DNA from: Lama glama
Lineage: Eukaryota
Length of the DNA: 64,000 nt
NCBI GenBank assembly: GCA_028534125.1
Contig: CM052818.1
Coordinates: 2,916,001 to 2,980,000 of the forward strand
Reading direction: 5' to 3'
The notes beneath the pieces are model-generated. The model saw only the letters and a program-made list of their open reading frames with translations, searched no databases and was not told the origin of the DNA. This document shows positions 27,170 to 39,900 of the stretch, in pieces. Numbering within the stretch: position 1 is the stretch's first letter; each line of letters begins with the position of its first letter. A program made the position numbers and the translations under genes.

Positions 27170-27370
27170 ATCTAGAGTCAGCTTGGGTTCAGGTCTTAAC
27201 TGTGCCCCTGGGAGACTGTGACCTTGGACAAGTTCATTAACCACTCCATGCCTCCGTTTCCCCATCTGTAAAATAGGTAACAATAGAGCCTACTTCATAG
27301 GGTCATCGTGAGGATGAAAGAGATGACATGTGTGAAGTGCTCAAACAGTGCCAGGGACATAGTAAGGTCT
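27170..27370 (+). mobile_element. MIR SINE
   Basis: ctgtgaccttggacaagttcattaacc...gcctccgtttccccatctgtaaaatagg...cagtgccagggacatagtaag. Confidence 0.8.
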
Positions 27371-27540
27371 GTGGATCTGGCACTTAAATCTTTTCAGAGA
27401 GAGAACGAGAAAGCGGTGACACACACATGAGAAGTGGTGCCTGAAATACCAGGGTGGCCTGAGCCAGTTGGTAGCAGGGACACGAGTTGAGTACAAAGCG
27501 GTAAAGTTTTTGATTGTAGTTTTTTTTTATGTTTTAGTTT

Positions 27541-27760
27541 CAGATATTCACTACTATCTATAAAACAGATAAAGAACACGTTTCTGCTGTATAGCACAGG
27601 GAACTATATTCAGTGTCTTACAGTAACCTATACTGAAAAAGAATATGAAAATGAATATATGTGTGTATATGTATGACTGAAATATTATGCTGTACACCAG
27701 AAATTGACACAACATGGCAAGCTGACTATACTTCAATTAAAACTAATAAAGTATTATAAA
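27541..27760 (+). mobile_element. Truncated L1 3' end
   Basis: cagatattcactactat...ctgtatagcacagggaactatattcag...ctatacttcaattaaa. Confidence 0.88.
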
Positions 27761-29479
27761 CAGTTTTTTTAAAAGTTGTAAAGGGCCATGCCAGGGTAAG
27801 CCACATGACAATGCTCAGGGATGTGCCCTTGAAACTTAAAGGACGGGTCAGAGGAAGCCCTGCTTGGCCCGCTGGGAAGTGGTGTTATGAACCTGCTACT
27901 AAAAGATGCCAAAAAAAAAAATAGGCTCTCCTTTCAGAAAACGCAGAGGAAATACAGTCAGGCCCCTCGGTGACAGCAATGGGAGACGAGGGATGTCGTG
28001 CTCCATTCCAAGCAATGAGATTTAGGAGGGACATAGAGAAGCCGGAGAAGCTGAACCACCACGTGGAAAAACCAAATTCTGGAGAAGCCGAGGCAGTGGA
28101 GGGCTGAAAAGGACGGTGCCGTCTCGGCTCCCTGCAGCCGGTGCCGGGCACAGCCTGCAGGGGCGCAGAGCTGGAAACGGCGCCATCACGTGCTGGAAGC
28201 ATTCTCGTTCTCGCTGCGTGGCAGGCCTTTGACACCTTGTTGTTTAAAATAAAGTGCGAGTGGGCTGCCCGCCCTTCCTGTGAAGGGCTCAGGGAGAGAC
28301 TGGTGATCCCACTTAGGGACTAGTTCTAGCCATTATGTGAGAAGACCTCACACCTAATTCCCCTTTTGATTCTAATGATGTAAGAATCTAAGTGGAAGCA
28401 CGGGTGAGAAATGTATAAAGATGGAGAAATAATTAGGTAGTTAGGCCGAGAGCATACCTAATTGAGGAACTGGAGCTATTGGGATTAAATGGCTTTTAAG
28501 ATTAACCATCCAGGTAACAACAAGGAAAAAAGTCGTATCTTTTCCAAAAAAAAAAAAAAAGGGGGGTTCTTTGGTATCCTTGAGACAGAGGATATTATAC
28601 TGAAGGATACTTTGGCCCAATTTGAATTGACTTTTTTTTTAATATTCTTATGACTGAGAGTTTACTACGGAGGGCTGTGCTGGGCATCAGAGATGGACAG
28701 GGGACAGTCCCTGCCCTCAGGGCTCTTTAAGGAAGAATGAGGAATAAAACTGCAAACCTTAACTTGAGTCAAGTGAATGCCCACCAGGATTATAAACAAA
28801 CCAGTGTCAGGAAGGGCCGGGTCCAGGCTGCCCTCTGCCTGAGGGACTGAAGGAGGCATTCCAGTCCACAAAGGCTCTTCTCAGCTTGGAATCAGCTTCA
28901 GCAACAACAGGTGGCACGAAAATGTGTGTTTGGAGGGTCCTGGGTGTTTCAGCATCCAGGATCTCTTGTCTGTGAACCACAGAAAAGGACCCGGTTCCAT
29001 CCGGCCTCTAGACCGTTTTCAACAAATTGAATTTGCTATTTGCTGAGGATCCTGAAGTCAGGTGAAAAGTCTGGGCCTCCTGTTCCCTGCGTGTGCCTTA
29101 GTGTGCCTGGGGCCCGTCATGCCCACTGTTGGCTTCTCCAGAAGGACAACGAGCACTTTGATAAGGACACAGCAGAGGAGGCACAGACAGCCCATCTCAG
29201 CTGCCCTTGAGGCGAGGAGGTCAGCTGAGTAGGCCTCACTCCCTCCTGGTCACTTTTCAAGTTGAAACTATCAACCGTGGTGAAGAGCGTTGGTGCAACA
29301 GAGCTATCCAAATAGTTACACTTAGAAAAAGTCGTCCTGGCTAATTAAGTCAAAGCAGTTCCGCAAAGGTCTGTTTTTGCCATAAATGCTACGGGTTGAA
29401 TTTTTTTTTTTAACTTGGCTTCTGGAGTATAACTTTGTAAGTAAACATAATCCCCTGAACCAGGATATTGCTTGGGCAG

Positions 29480-29529
29480 TGGGCTTTGACAATGTCAATA
29501 TTTTTGGGCTTTGACAATGTCAATATTTT
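29480..29529. repeat. 25-bp tandem duplication
   Basis: tgggctttgacaatgtcaatatttt twice in tandem. Confidence 0.95.
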
Positions 29530-29759
29530 AAAACATCAGTGTATTTTTATTGGTCTTCAAAGGCTTAAATAATTAAAATTCTGGCACGTGGAAGATTCTC
29601 AATTCATGGTTTGCCTCTAAGTGAATGAATGCCCCACGCTCAGTGCATCCTCCTTGGGAAGAAGGTGTCTTTTGAAGGCCCTGGCTGCTGTGTAAATCTG
29701 TGCCCTCCAGGGCAGCAGCCGCCAGTGATGCGGAGCACTTGCCCTGTGGCTGGTCCAAG

Positions 29760-29990
29760 TTGAGATGTGTTCAAAATATACAGTGAACACCAGATTTTGA
29801 AGACCTCATATTACAGACTATCTTATTAATACATGTTTATAATAGGTGTTTGTTGAAGTGACACTGTTTTGATAATATTGGAATGAATAAAATATTCAAA
29901 TCAATTTTACTTTTCTTCCCCCTCAAAAGGTGGCTTCTAGAAAATGTCAAATCAGCTACGTGGCTCATGTTTATTTCTACTGGACAGCTC
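29760..29990. mobile_element. hAT-Charlie fossil (MER33-like)
   Basis: acaccagattttgaagac...aaaatgtcaaatcagctacgtggctcatgtttatttctactggacagc resembles the recalled MER33 consensus. Confidence 0.65.
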
Positions 29991-30394
29991 AGCTCCAGGG
30001 CCTTGCCCCACATTCGTTCCCACCCACGTCACCTCCCTCATCCTGGGTCATCTCTCATCAGTCTCACCCCAGTGTTTGCCCCAGCCCACCTGTCTAGTGC
30101 TTTCTGGTGTCCCTGTAACTGTGACAATGTTCTGCATAGGGAATATTGACATGTCCTTTAAGATCTGTCATACATCTCTTCCTTCAAAAATCTTCTGACC
30201 ATCTTAGGGCAAAATTAATTTGTCCCTCCTCTGTCCCATCTCCTTGTTTTTGAAATATTTGGGGTTTTGGGAAATATTTGGTTTTTGAAATACTTGGCCC
30301 CCCTCACCCCACTGCCTGCTCTACTGTGTTAAGTTCCTTGAGGACAAGGGGACCATGATTTATCCATCTCTGTATAAGATGAACACTTAACTCC

Positions 30395-30395
<1 letters not shown>

Positions 30396-30430
<35 letters not shown>
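30396..30430. repeat. (CA)n microsatellite
   Basis: About 17 CA units. Confidence 0.97.
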
Positions 30431-30434
<4 letters not shown>

Positions 30435-32803
30435 TGCATAGTAAGAGCTGAAGAAATAAACAAACACTAGCCCTCTGTAACACCCCTTTCTGTATAAAGG
30501 CATGAAACACAGAAAGTTAACACAGCATTGGGTTTACTTCTAAAAGTTGATGCCCTAGGCTGCTAGCCTAAGAGTCAGCTAGATGCTTATAAACATTAAC
30601 ATTCCCAGGCTTCACTCCAGACTCACAGGTTCAGTCAGGAGATGTTAGGTCTTGCTGCAGTAACAAAACCTCATTGCCTTGATAGCAAAATTTTCCCATT
30701 CATTCAAAGTCCACAGTGGGCCCTGGGTGACTCTCGAGGGAAATAGCTGGTTCAGGTTAAACCTCCTGTGGGAGGTAAGATCTGGTGCCCACAGCTGAAC
30801 GCTTTCACCCAGATGTGGGTCACTTCAGCAACTCCTATGGCCGTATCTAACTTCAAGGGGCTGGGGAAGACCAAACCTGTGGGCCTGGAAGTCAAAGGAT
30901 GTGTATATCGCTGAATGCGAATCTCTGAGGTGGAGCTGGGGAGTCCACATTTTTATCTCCTAGCGGTCCCCATTCACACTAACATTTTGAGGACCATTGG
31001 AAAGACAGGAGTTCCCAACCTTGGCTCCACATGAAAATTACCCAGAGGAGTTTTCAAAACCACTGATGCCCTGACGATCCCTGCGGAGACCCTAATTCAC
31101 AGGGGCTGGGGCTGAGGTCCAGGCACCGGCATTTGTTCAGCCAGAGGAGAAAACCACAGATGGAGGAAAAAGACCCAGGGTCTTTGAATCCTGACCCCAA
31201 CACTGCCGAGCCTCGGTTTGCACTCCTGTCGATGGCAGTGAAGATCGAACAGATACAAAAGTACTTGTCAGCTATAATAGACCTTGGCAGATGTGGACTT
31301 TTTATAAACCAGATTTGTGTACATTCTTATATGCATGTGCCATTTCCCTCCCCTCCACAAAGCCAGGAGGGGGAGAAAAGCATCCTTCACACCTTTGCAT
31401 CTGCCTCCTTTTACAGTCAGTAAATGGGGGTGGGGGGGATCCCTCCTCCTTCCACCTCCTCCTGCCCTCTGCTCATATTGGTGATGAAGGGGAAAGGAAG
31501 AAGGGAAAAAAACCCTTCCCCACTTCTATTTTCCTCTCCCTAGCCTGTTCCAAACGCTTAGCCTAGGACTTTCATTGTGCCACCATCCTTCCCAGGCCCC
31601 TCCCTGCACTCTCCCTTCAGTCTGAGACCTTTCTTTTCACCTCTAGTTCCCTACAACCCTATCTCCAACCTCTCCCTCCCGATCATTTCCCACTGACACC
31701 CCAGTCCCATGTCAGGACAGACAGTGAGGACCTTGGCCCCAGGGGAAGACCCTTCCTGCTTTCTGATGGGCTGAGCAGCATAGGAAATCCGTATTCTCAG
31801 AAAATTCAGATCCAAGGCGCTGTCCCACAGCAGTGTCGCTGGGACTGCAGATTCAGCAGCACCCTTCTGGAAAGGGGAAGTGTGCAGTAGGTCAGACCAG
31901 CCATGTGAGCTGCTGTGACACTGTCACCCACTCTTGACAATATCTTGTTTCCGGTGGTATAATATTTTTTGTTTCAGGTTAGATTCCGAGATCGAACCAA
32001 CTGAGTGTCAAACAACTCTTGAAATGTTACCATTCTACAACCTGGGAATTGCCTCTGAAGTCAGTTTTCTTTAATTATAAAAACATCACATTGGCTTTCT
32101 TCCGTTAATAGAGCTGAGGGTTAATGCTGGAATAAACTGTTGTTAATTTTTTTTCCTCTTGTGTCTAACAATTTCCAAGACAGAGCAATGCAAGAGGACC
32201 TCAAACAGAGGTCAGGAAATGAATGTAGTACCGCTTACGAAAAAGCAATTTGTGCATTTGATATGACTTGTTGACTTTATGGAAGGATCATAAGAATCCA
32301 TCAGCCCAGACTGTGATACAGATCCTTTGAAATGATTCTTTCTGGTCTGGCTATAACCACTGAGGAACTTGGCAGTGGAAGTTTTATGTCAGGCATTAGA
32401 TTCTAGGCCACCCCATCCTTTCCAAAAGCTGGAACCCACTTCCTTCCTACCCATCAGCCAGAGCGCCCTCTCCACCTTAATTCTTACTCAGAAGTCAGCA
32501 GGGCTAGAATGCGATTTGCCCAAACGAAAAGGAAAAGCTGCGGGGCTCAGCTCCTCGTCAGCAGGGACCATGGGTGCAACTTTTCCTTATTTCCAGCGCC
32601 TCCCACACGGTAGGACAATTGGTGTTTTTCTTTGATTGGCGCATGGTGTCAGGTCTCGTACAAACATTGGAGATTCATTGCATTAAACAGAAATGCTTAG
32701 CAATCTGAAAATGAGCCTCCTTGGGTAAGATCATCTTGGTATACTTTCTTACAAATGAGATAATCGAGCATGTGTTTGAGCTTCTGGTTTAAATTGCAAC
32801 CTA

Positions 32804-32892
32804 GGGAGGTGGGTTTCACTCAGTGGTAGAGCTCATACCTAGCATGCACGAGGTCCTGGGTTCAATCTCCAGTGCCTCCATTTAAAAAAAAA
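32804..32892 (+). mobile_element. tRNA-Ala-like SINE (short form)
   Basis: tRNA-like body plus polyA; perfect 15-bp TSD ttaaattgcaaccta at 32789-32803 and 32893-32907. Confidence 0.93.
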
Positions 32893-33059
32893 TTAAATTG
32901 CAACCTAATGCAGCATCTCCCACGTCATCCTCCGTAGGACCCGCCGCACGGAGCCCCCACCTCCCTCTCCAGCTGCCGCTCACACACCTCTTTCCTCCTT
33001 ACTTTCCATTCCCCATGTTCCCGGCCTCCTTTCTTTTTCTCAGGTGTATCGGACCCTTC

Positions 33060-33442
33060 TCTAACTCTAGGCTTTTGCACTTGCTCTGCCTTCTGCCTGG
33101 GATGTTCTGTCTCCAGTTTTCCCATAACTTACTCATCTGTGTACTTCAGGTCTTGGATCTGCTTCCCATTCTCAGAGCAGGCTTCCCTGAATGACCACCT
33201 CCGACGGCAGCTCTCCATCACACCTCTGTCCTTTTCTTCTTAGCACTTGCTGCCATCTGTAGTGATTTTATGTGTTTATTTACTTATCATTTGCCTGCCT
33301 CCCCCAGGTAACCTAAGTTCCTTGAGGGCAGGGGCCTTTTCTGGCAAGTTCATTAATGTCTCCCCAATGCCCAGCACAGTGCTTGGCACATAGAAAGTAC
33401 CTGATATTTGAGTGAGTGGGTGAATGAAGAAATGAATGAATT
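33060..33442 (+). mobile_element. L2 3' end
   Basis: taagttccttgagggcaggg...cccagcacagtgcttggcacatag...tttgagtgagtgggtgaatgaagaaatgaatgaa terminus. Confidence 0.8.
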
Positions 33443-33876
33443 TGTGCTTTACATCACCACTGCATCTTTACAACACTCACTGTTGATACAGGGGGAAGCA
33501 GGCCCAGAGGGTTTCAGTGACATGCCCAAGGTCAGAATTTGTAACAAAGCATTGAGATTTGATATCTCAGTCTGCCTGCCTGCAAAAGTTTGTACCAGAG
33601 TCAGGTCTGAGGCTATTGTTCAATCTGAAGTTTTTGCCTTATTCTATACCTTCATGGATTTATGAGTAGGAAGTATTTTTTTATCCTGTGGCTCAAAACT
33701 TTTTGTCCATGGCCTTTGAAATAGGGCGTTTCCCATACTGCAAAAAAACCTGGTGGTAACGAGGAAATGTTCCAGCAGAAACATTTTTTGGAAGGAGTTA
33801 TAGGCGTTTGCTTAAACATGATTATGGATGATTCTTATTTGAGAAGTAATACAAGTCTTACAGTCTAGTTTTTGGA

Positions 33877-34743
33877 TGATAAATGCTGGAGAGGGTATGG
33901 AGAAAAGGGAACCCTTTTACACTGTTGTTGGGACTGTAGTTTGGTGCAGCCACTATGGAAAACAGAGTTTTCCATCCTATTTCTTAAAAAACTGAGAATA
34001 GAGTTGCCTTATGATCCTGCAATCCCACTCCTGGGCATATATCTGAAGGGAACTCTAATTCAAAAACATACATGCACCCCAATATTCACAGCAGCACTAT
34101 TTACAATAGCCATGACATGGGAACAGCCTAAATGTTCATCAAGAGATGACTAGATAAAGAAGCTCTGGTATATTTACACAATGGAATACTACTCAGCCAT
34201 AAAAAATAATGCCATTTGCAGCAACATGGATGGACCTGGAGATTGTCATAGGAAGTGAAATAAGCCAGAAAGAGAAAGAAAAATACCATATGATATCACT
34301 TACATGTGGAATCTTAAAAAAGAACGCAATGAACTTATTTACAAAACAGAGACAGGCTCACAGACATAGAAAACAAACTTATGGTTACCAAAGAGGAAAG
34401 GGGAGGGTGGAGGGATAAACTGGGAGTTTGGGATTTGCAGATACTAACTACTATAAGTAAACTACTATACATATCTATATAAATATAGATACTAACCTAC
34501 ATATGTGCTATATATAAAATATACTAATTACTATTTAAAACTACTATATATATATATATATATATATATATCAGCAAGGTCCTACTATATAGCACGGAGA
34601 ACTATATTCAATACCTTGTAATGGCCTATAATGTAAAAGAATATGAAAAGGAATATATATATATGTATAACTGAGTCACTATGCTGTACACCAGAACTTA
34701 ACACAACATTGTAAATCGACTATACTTCAATTTTTTTTAAAAT
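33877..34743 (+). mobile_element. 5'-truncated L1 (ORF2 C-terminal remnant and 3'UTR) with 15-bp TSD
   Basis: ORF 33872..34153 reads [37 protein letters not shown], typical of the L1 ORF2 C-terminus; TSD agtctagtttttgga at 33862-33876 and 34744-34758; internal (TA)n at about 34545-34570. Confidence 0.95.
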
Positions 34744-35151
34744 AGTCTAGTTTTTGGAAAATGAAATAAAAATACTTACAGCAGCAACTGGAAAGCAGGG
34801 CCAAGCTCCAGACAACATTGATGGTACTCTGGGAACCAGACTTCCTCCAGCAGCAGGAGCTTCTGAGGTTCCTCCGCGTGGGCGTAGCAGCAGCTTCGCC
34901 ATGTCACTGAGATCGGTCACAGCAGCCCTCTCAGATGAGAAGACTGACAGAGGGCACCTGGTAAAGTGGTTGGAAAGGAGATAAATTACTGTCTTGACAA
35001 ATTATATTGTGATATACCTGGAAAACCCACGCGAATCACCAGGATGCCTATGAGAAATAGTAAGAGTACTTAGTAGGGTACAAGTAAGAAAATAAACACT
35101 CAGGGGTTTTCCCAGGAACCATAAGTAACCAATTAAGAGTGTACTGGGGAA

Positions 35152-35294
35152 GGGGGCACAATATAGCTCAGTGGCAGAGCAAGTGTTTAGCATGCATGAG
35201 GTCCTGGGTTCAATCCTCTGTACCTCCATATAAGTAAATAAACAAATAAATAAAAAACCTAATTACCTCCCTCCCCAAAAATAAAAAAATAAGG
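35152..35294 (+). mobile_element. tRNA-Ala-like SINE (long form)
   Basis: A and B boxes, aaacctaattacctccctcccc tail; TSD aagagtgtactggggaagg / aagaatgcactggggaagg. Confidence 0.92.
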
Positions 35295-35662
35295 AAGAAT
35301 GCACTGGGGAAGGTTACCATCAAAATAGTTACAAAACATAGACTATGTAGGAATAAAGATTTAAAGATGTGCTCAAAATCTAATTGAAGAATACCATAAA
35401 GCTTTCCTTCTCAGGTAATTTATTTGACTAAATAAAGAGATCCGTGTCCCGCCAGCAAAGCACAATGATGTGAACTGTCAGGTCTTTCCATTATTACTTT
35501 AGAAACCCAAGGCAGTTCTAATTAGTCTTTCCACAGGGTCGGAATCATTTGACTAAATGATTCTAAAGTTTACCTTTCAGAATAAGGCACAAGAAAATGT
35601 TGATTTAAAAGGTGGAGGAATTTGCACCATCAAATATTGATAATTAATATAAAGCTGCATGA

Positions 35663-35885
35663 GCAACATGATGGACCTGGAGATTGTCATTCTAAGTGAA
35701 GTAAGTCAGAAAGAGAAAGAAAAATACCATATGAGATCGCTTATATGCGGAATCAAAAAAAAAAAAAAGGACACGAATGAACTTATCTACAAAACAGAAA
35801 CAGACTCACGGACATAGAGAACAAACTTCTGGTTGCCAGGGGATTAAAGGGGTGGGAAGGGATAAACTGAGAATTCAAAAGTTGC
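35663..35885 (+). mobile_element. Internal fragment of the younger L1 3' region
   Basis: atggacctggagattgtcattctaagtgaagtaagtcag...aacagactcacggacatagagaac, homologous to 34228-34440 but lacking the L1 terminus. Confidence 0.85.
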
Positions 35886-37537
35886 ACCCCTTGAGGAGTG
35901 ATGGAAATGTTAGCTATCTTGATTGGGGTGGTGGTTTCATTGGTGTGCACATGTATCGAAATTCATCCAAGTGTACATCTGGAATATGTGTAGCTTACTG
36001 CACAGGAATCATACCACAATAAAGGTGTTTAAATAAATAAATTTGGGGAGAATCAACATCTTTAAGATGCTGAGATTTCCAATCCAAAGCAGGTGGGGGA
36101 GAGGTGGAAAAAAAATATGTATGTATGTATGTATATGTAGTAATTAAAACATCGAGACACTGGCACAAGGTTAGGTACATTCATGAGTCAGCATGGAAAT
36201 CTCCAGAAGAGAGCCAATTATACATAAAATGTTGACATGATTAAAAAGTGTCAGTTCACATCCTTAGGGAAAGAGGGTGATGTCACAAAAGATTCTGGGG
36301 TCACAAGCTAAACACTGAGAAAGAGATAAGTTTAGATATGAAAACCTAATGACACTCTAAAATATAAGCTCTAGCTGGAATATTTTTTAAATGGAAGCAT
36401 AAAATTTATCTAAGATAATATAGGTCAATATTTATATAACTTACCAAAAAAAAGAGAACTAATCAGAACACTGAAGACAGAAACCATAAAGAAAAATACA
36501 TTGTAAGCCATAATTTTCTGAATATCACAAAAGACACTGTAAAGAAAATCCATAGGCAATATTTGCCAATATTTGAATCCTAGAAAGGATTCATATCTTT
36601 AGTACATAAAGTACTCCTCCAAACCAGTAACAAAAATTTCAATATGCCAGTAAGAGAACAAATTATTTGAATAGGTAAGTCACAAAATAATAGTAAACAT
36701 AAAAAAGATACCCAGTCTTGCTAGTCATCAAAGAAATGCAAACTAATGCAAAATATCATTTTCATTGATGAAATTAGCAAAGATAAAAATAAGTGTTGGT
36801 ATACAAAGTAGATAAAGTTGGAGACTCGTACCGCTGGGTTTTGTAAGCTGTAAGTCTCATGTGCCTGAGAGCACTTTGGCAATACTCGTCAGAAGGTTTT
36901 AAAATGCTCTGCTTACCCATTGACCCAGAAATACCACTTCTAAGAATTTATCTAAGGAAATAAGCATGGGCAGATCTGTGTGACTTAGCGCTGATGGTGT
37001 TCATTGCAGCAAGATGATTATTAGGAAATCTCCAAGCGCTGAGATGGGAAGAGGTGCTGGGGAAGGTTTAGGATTGCTTTGAAATGAATGGACAGAGCCT
37101 GTGCCCATATGACTGGACCACACAGAATACTTAGTACTCAGATCACCATCTCAGGGTCAAATGAAGGGCATATATAAGTGGTAATGATGCCTCTGATGGT
37201 CTGTCTTTTGGAGTTTTGTTTTTCCATTTTGTTGGAAGTTTTTCAGGTTCGTATCTTTCAAATTACTGTGAATTTGGGGCAAGATTTCTCATCTACAGTT
37301 TTGAACTATTGAACACCTGCTTATTAGGTTTGTATCATACTAATGGGCATAGTCCTTTGCTTGAATTTTTAATTTGGGTTGGTTGGCCCTCGGATTATAA
37401 CTATACAAACAAAAAGTATAGGTTTCCTCTTCCTCCTGCTCTACCCAGTTTTGCGTTTTAGAAGGGCCACCAAACTTGCCAATATTTTTCTGCAGACAAC
37501 AGATAAGTGGACAGACAGAAGAGAATTCTTTTTGTTT

Positions 37538-37988
37538 GGTGGAGTAGGCTGAATAAGGGTTCCCCAAGGATGTCCATATCCCTAGCCCCAAAACTTGTGT
37601 GTACGTTACCTTACATAGAAAAGGGATCTTGCAGCTTGATTAAATTAAGGACCTTGAAATGGCGAGATTACCTTGGATTTTCTGGGGAGACCCAAGATGA
37701 TCAGAAGGGCCCTTATAAGAGGAAGGCACAAGGCCCAGAATAAGAGTAGGAGAGAAGTTCAAGGAAGCAGAGATTGAAGTGATTTTTGACTTTAGACCCT
37801 GGAAAAGGCAAAGAAATGACTTCCCACTATAGTCTTTAGAAAGAACCAGCCCTAATGACACCTTGGTTTTAGCCCTATAAGAGTCATTTCAGACTTCTGA
37901 CCTCCAGAATAATAAAATGATAAAATTGTGTTATTATAAGTCACTAGATTTGTGATAACTTGGCATAGCAGCGACAGAAAACAAATGC
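37538..37988 (+). mobile_element. MaLR solo LTR (MLT1D-like)
   Basis: gttaccttacat..aaaagggatcttgcag..gattaaattaagga..ttgaaat; 3' end gacttctgacctccagaa...aattgtgtt...agcagcgacagaaaacaaat. Confidence 0.85.
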
Positions 37989-38575
37989 TTTGGAAAAGGA
38001 AGAAAAATCAAATTTGTACTTGAGCCGTAGTTATACGTTAGTTGGTCCTGGGTGAGAAGTTCAGAGACCTGGATTCTGGTCATGACCCTGGGAAGTCACC
38101 TCTAGATCTCATTTTTGTCATCTTTAAGGATCTCTGCTCTGAAGTTCTGGTCCTCCTTCAGCGTTTGTTTACCGTCATTAGATACATCATTGTTACATCA
38201 CTGATTAGTATTGGTGAGGCTGCAGAATAGACTTCAGTTGATTGGTTTTGGAAGCTGGCTGCACTATCGTTAGCATTTTTCTTTTTGGGGGGTGTGCCTG
38301 GGTGTGTGGTGCGTTCTTTTGTGGAGGATCTTGGAGTATTACAGCGAGCACCGTGGAGTCAAGTGAAGACATACACAGAGATCAGAATCCAATAGAACTA
38401 CAACAACTGGATTGCAAAGTGATCTGAGATTGGGCATGCAAGCCTGGTGGACTCCCATGGTGATCAGAGATCTTTCTAGAAGGATTTTTTTGACCAAAAT
38501 AAAAAAGTCTACTCAAACCGTTACTCCAAATCACTGTAGACTTTTGCTCACACAGACTGAAAAGCTTTGAGATCA

Positions 38576-38690
38576 GGGAGCGGTGGTATCGCTCAGTCAT
38601 AGAGCGCACGCTTAGCATGCACCAGGTCCTGGGTTCAACCTCCAGTACCTCCATTAAAAATAAATAAATAAACCTAATTACCATCCCCCA
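38576..38690 (+). mobile_element. tRNA-Ala-like SINE (long form)
   Basis: gctcagtcatagagcgcacgcttagcatgcaccaggtcctgggttcaacc...aaacctaattaccatccccc. Confidence 0.92.
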
Positions 38691-38693
38691 GAA

Positions 38694-38741
<48 letters not shown>

Positions 38742-38810
38742 GAAAGAGAGAAAGAGAAAGAGAGAAAGAAAGAGAAAGAGAGAAAGAGAAAGAAAGAAAG
38801 AGAGAAAGAG

Positions 38811-38889
<79 letters not shown>

Positions 38890-38892
38890 AAA
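38691..38892. repeat. Compound (GAAA)n/(GA)n microsatellite, about 200 bp
   Basis: Pure-purine tract forming the tail of the preceding SINE. Confidence 0.98.
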
Positions 38893-39065
38893 GGAAAGCT
38901 TGAGATCGTGTTGTCACATCAAGGCCCTGCCGTGGAGTAGCCCAGGTGTCCATGGTCACCTGCCCAGCAGACCCACAGGACCTGCCCAGCAGTGGGGGGG
39001 GGGGTGCATTCATCTTCTCCCCTCACATGCAGCCTGCCCCCTGCCCGCAGAAGGTGCGCAGTAAA

Positions 39066-39565
39066 NNNNNNNNNNNNNNNNNNNNNNNNNNNNNNNNNNN
39101 NNNNNNNNNNNNNNNNNNNNNNNNNNNNNNNNNNNNNNNNNNNNNNNNNNNNNNNNNNNNNNNNNNNNNNNNNNNNNNNNNNNNNNNNNNNNNNNNNNNN
39201 NNNNNNNNNNNNNNNNNNNNNNNNNNNNNNNNNNNNNNNNNNNNNNNNNNNNNNNNNNNNNNNNNNNNNNNNNNNNNNNNNNNNNNNNNNNNNNNNNNNN
39301 NNNNNNNNNNNNNNNNNNNNNNNNNNNNNNNNNNNNNNNNNNNNNNNNNNNNNNNNNNNNNNNNNNNNNNNNNNNNNNNNNNNNNNNNNNNNNNNNNNNN
39401 NNNNNNNNNNNNNNNNNNNNNNNNNNNNNNNNNNNNNNNNNNNNNNNNNNNNNNNNNNNNNNNNNNNNNNNNNNNNNNNNNNNNNNNNNNNNNNNNNNNN
39501 NNNNNNNNNNNNNNNNNNNNNNNNNNNNNNNNNNNNNNNNNNNNNNNNNNNNNNNNNNNNNNNNN
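39066..39565. other. Assembly gap (500 N)
   Basis: Exactly 500 N, close to a long (GAAA)n tract. Confidence 1.
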
Positions 39566-39589
39566 CTGCTGTCACAGATAAGCGCTGAA

Positions 39590-39900
39590 TGCTGTTTATT
39601 TCCTGCTTATGTCAAAATCTGTGCAGGTGTTCCTGGCCTTGCAGACTTCTTTCCATGCAGTTATCCAAGGACCCAGGCTCCTTCCATCCTCCCACCTCCA
39701 GGCCCTTGAAGGAATTCTCTCCATTTAGTTAGCATCTAGGGAAAGAAAAAGAGACCTCATGGAGAGGTTGTTTGTGGACCAAAGTGGTGCATACAACTCC
39801 TGCTCACATCCATTGGCCATAACCTGGTCACATGGTCACATCTACCTGCAAGGGAGGCTGGGAAATGTAGTCTGTGCCCAGAAGGGACAGTAACTTAGGT
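39590..39900. mobile_element. Old MaLR LTR remnant (MLT1J/K-like)
   Basis: ggacccaggctccttccatc...cattggccataacctggtcacatggtcacatctacctgcaagggaggctgggaaatgtagtc. Confidence 0.7.

Larger units (their letters stand above)
34980..37030 (+). mobile_element. Old degenerate L1 ORF2 remnant, interrupted
   Basis: A-rich, with motifs such as atacctggaaaacc, tgattctaaagttta, agtcatcaaagaaatgcaaa, tgacccagaaataccacttctaagaatttatc. Boundaries approximate. Confidence 0.7.

Noticed and set aside
30246..30298. Three imperfect copies of tttgaaatatttgg
   Set aside because: A short degenerate slippage repeat with no evident function.
33872..34418. Active L1 or domesticated gene
   Set aside because: Only a short, disrupted ORF2 C-terminal remnant of a 5'-truncated copy.
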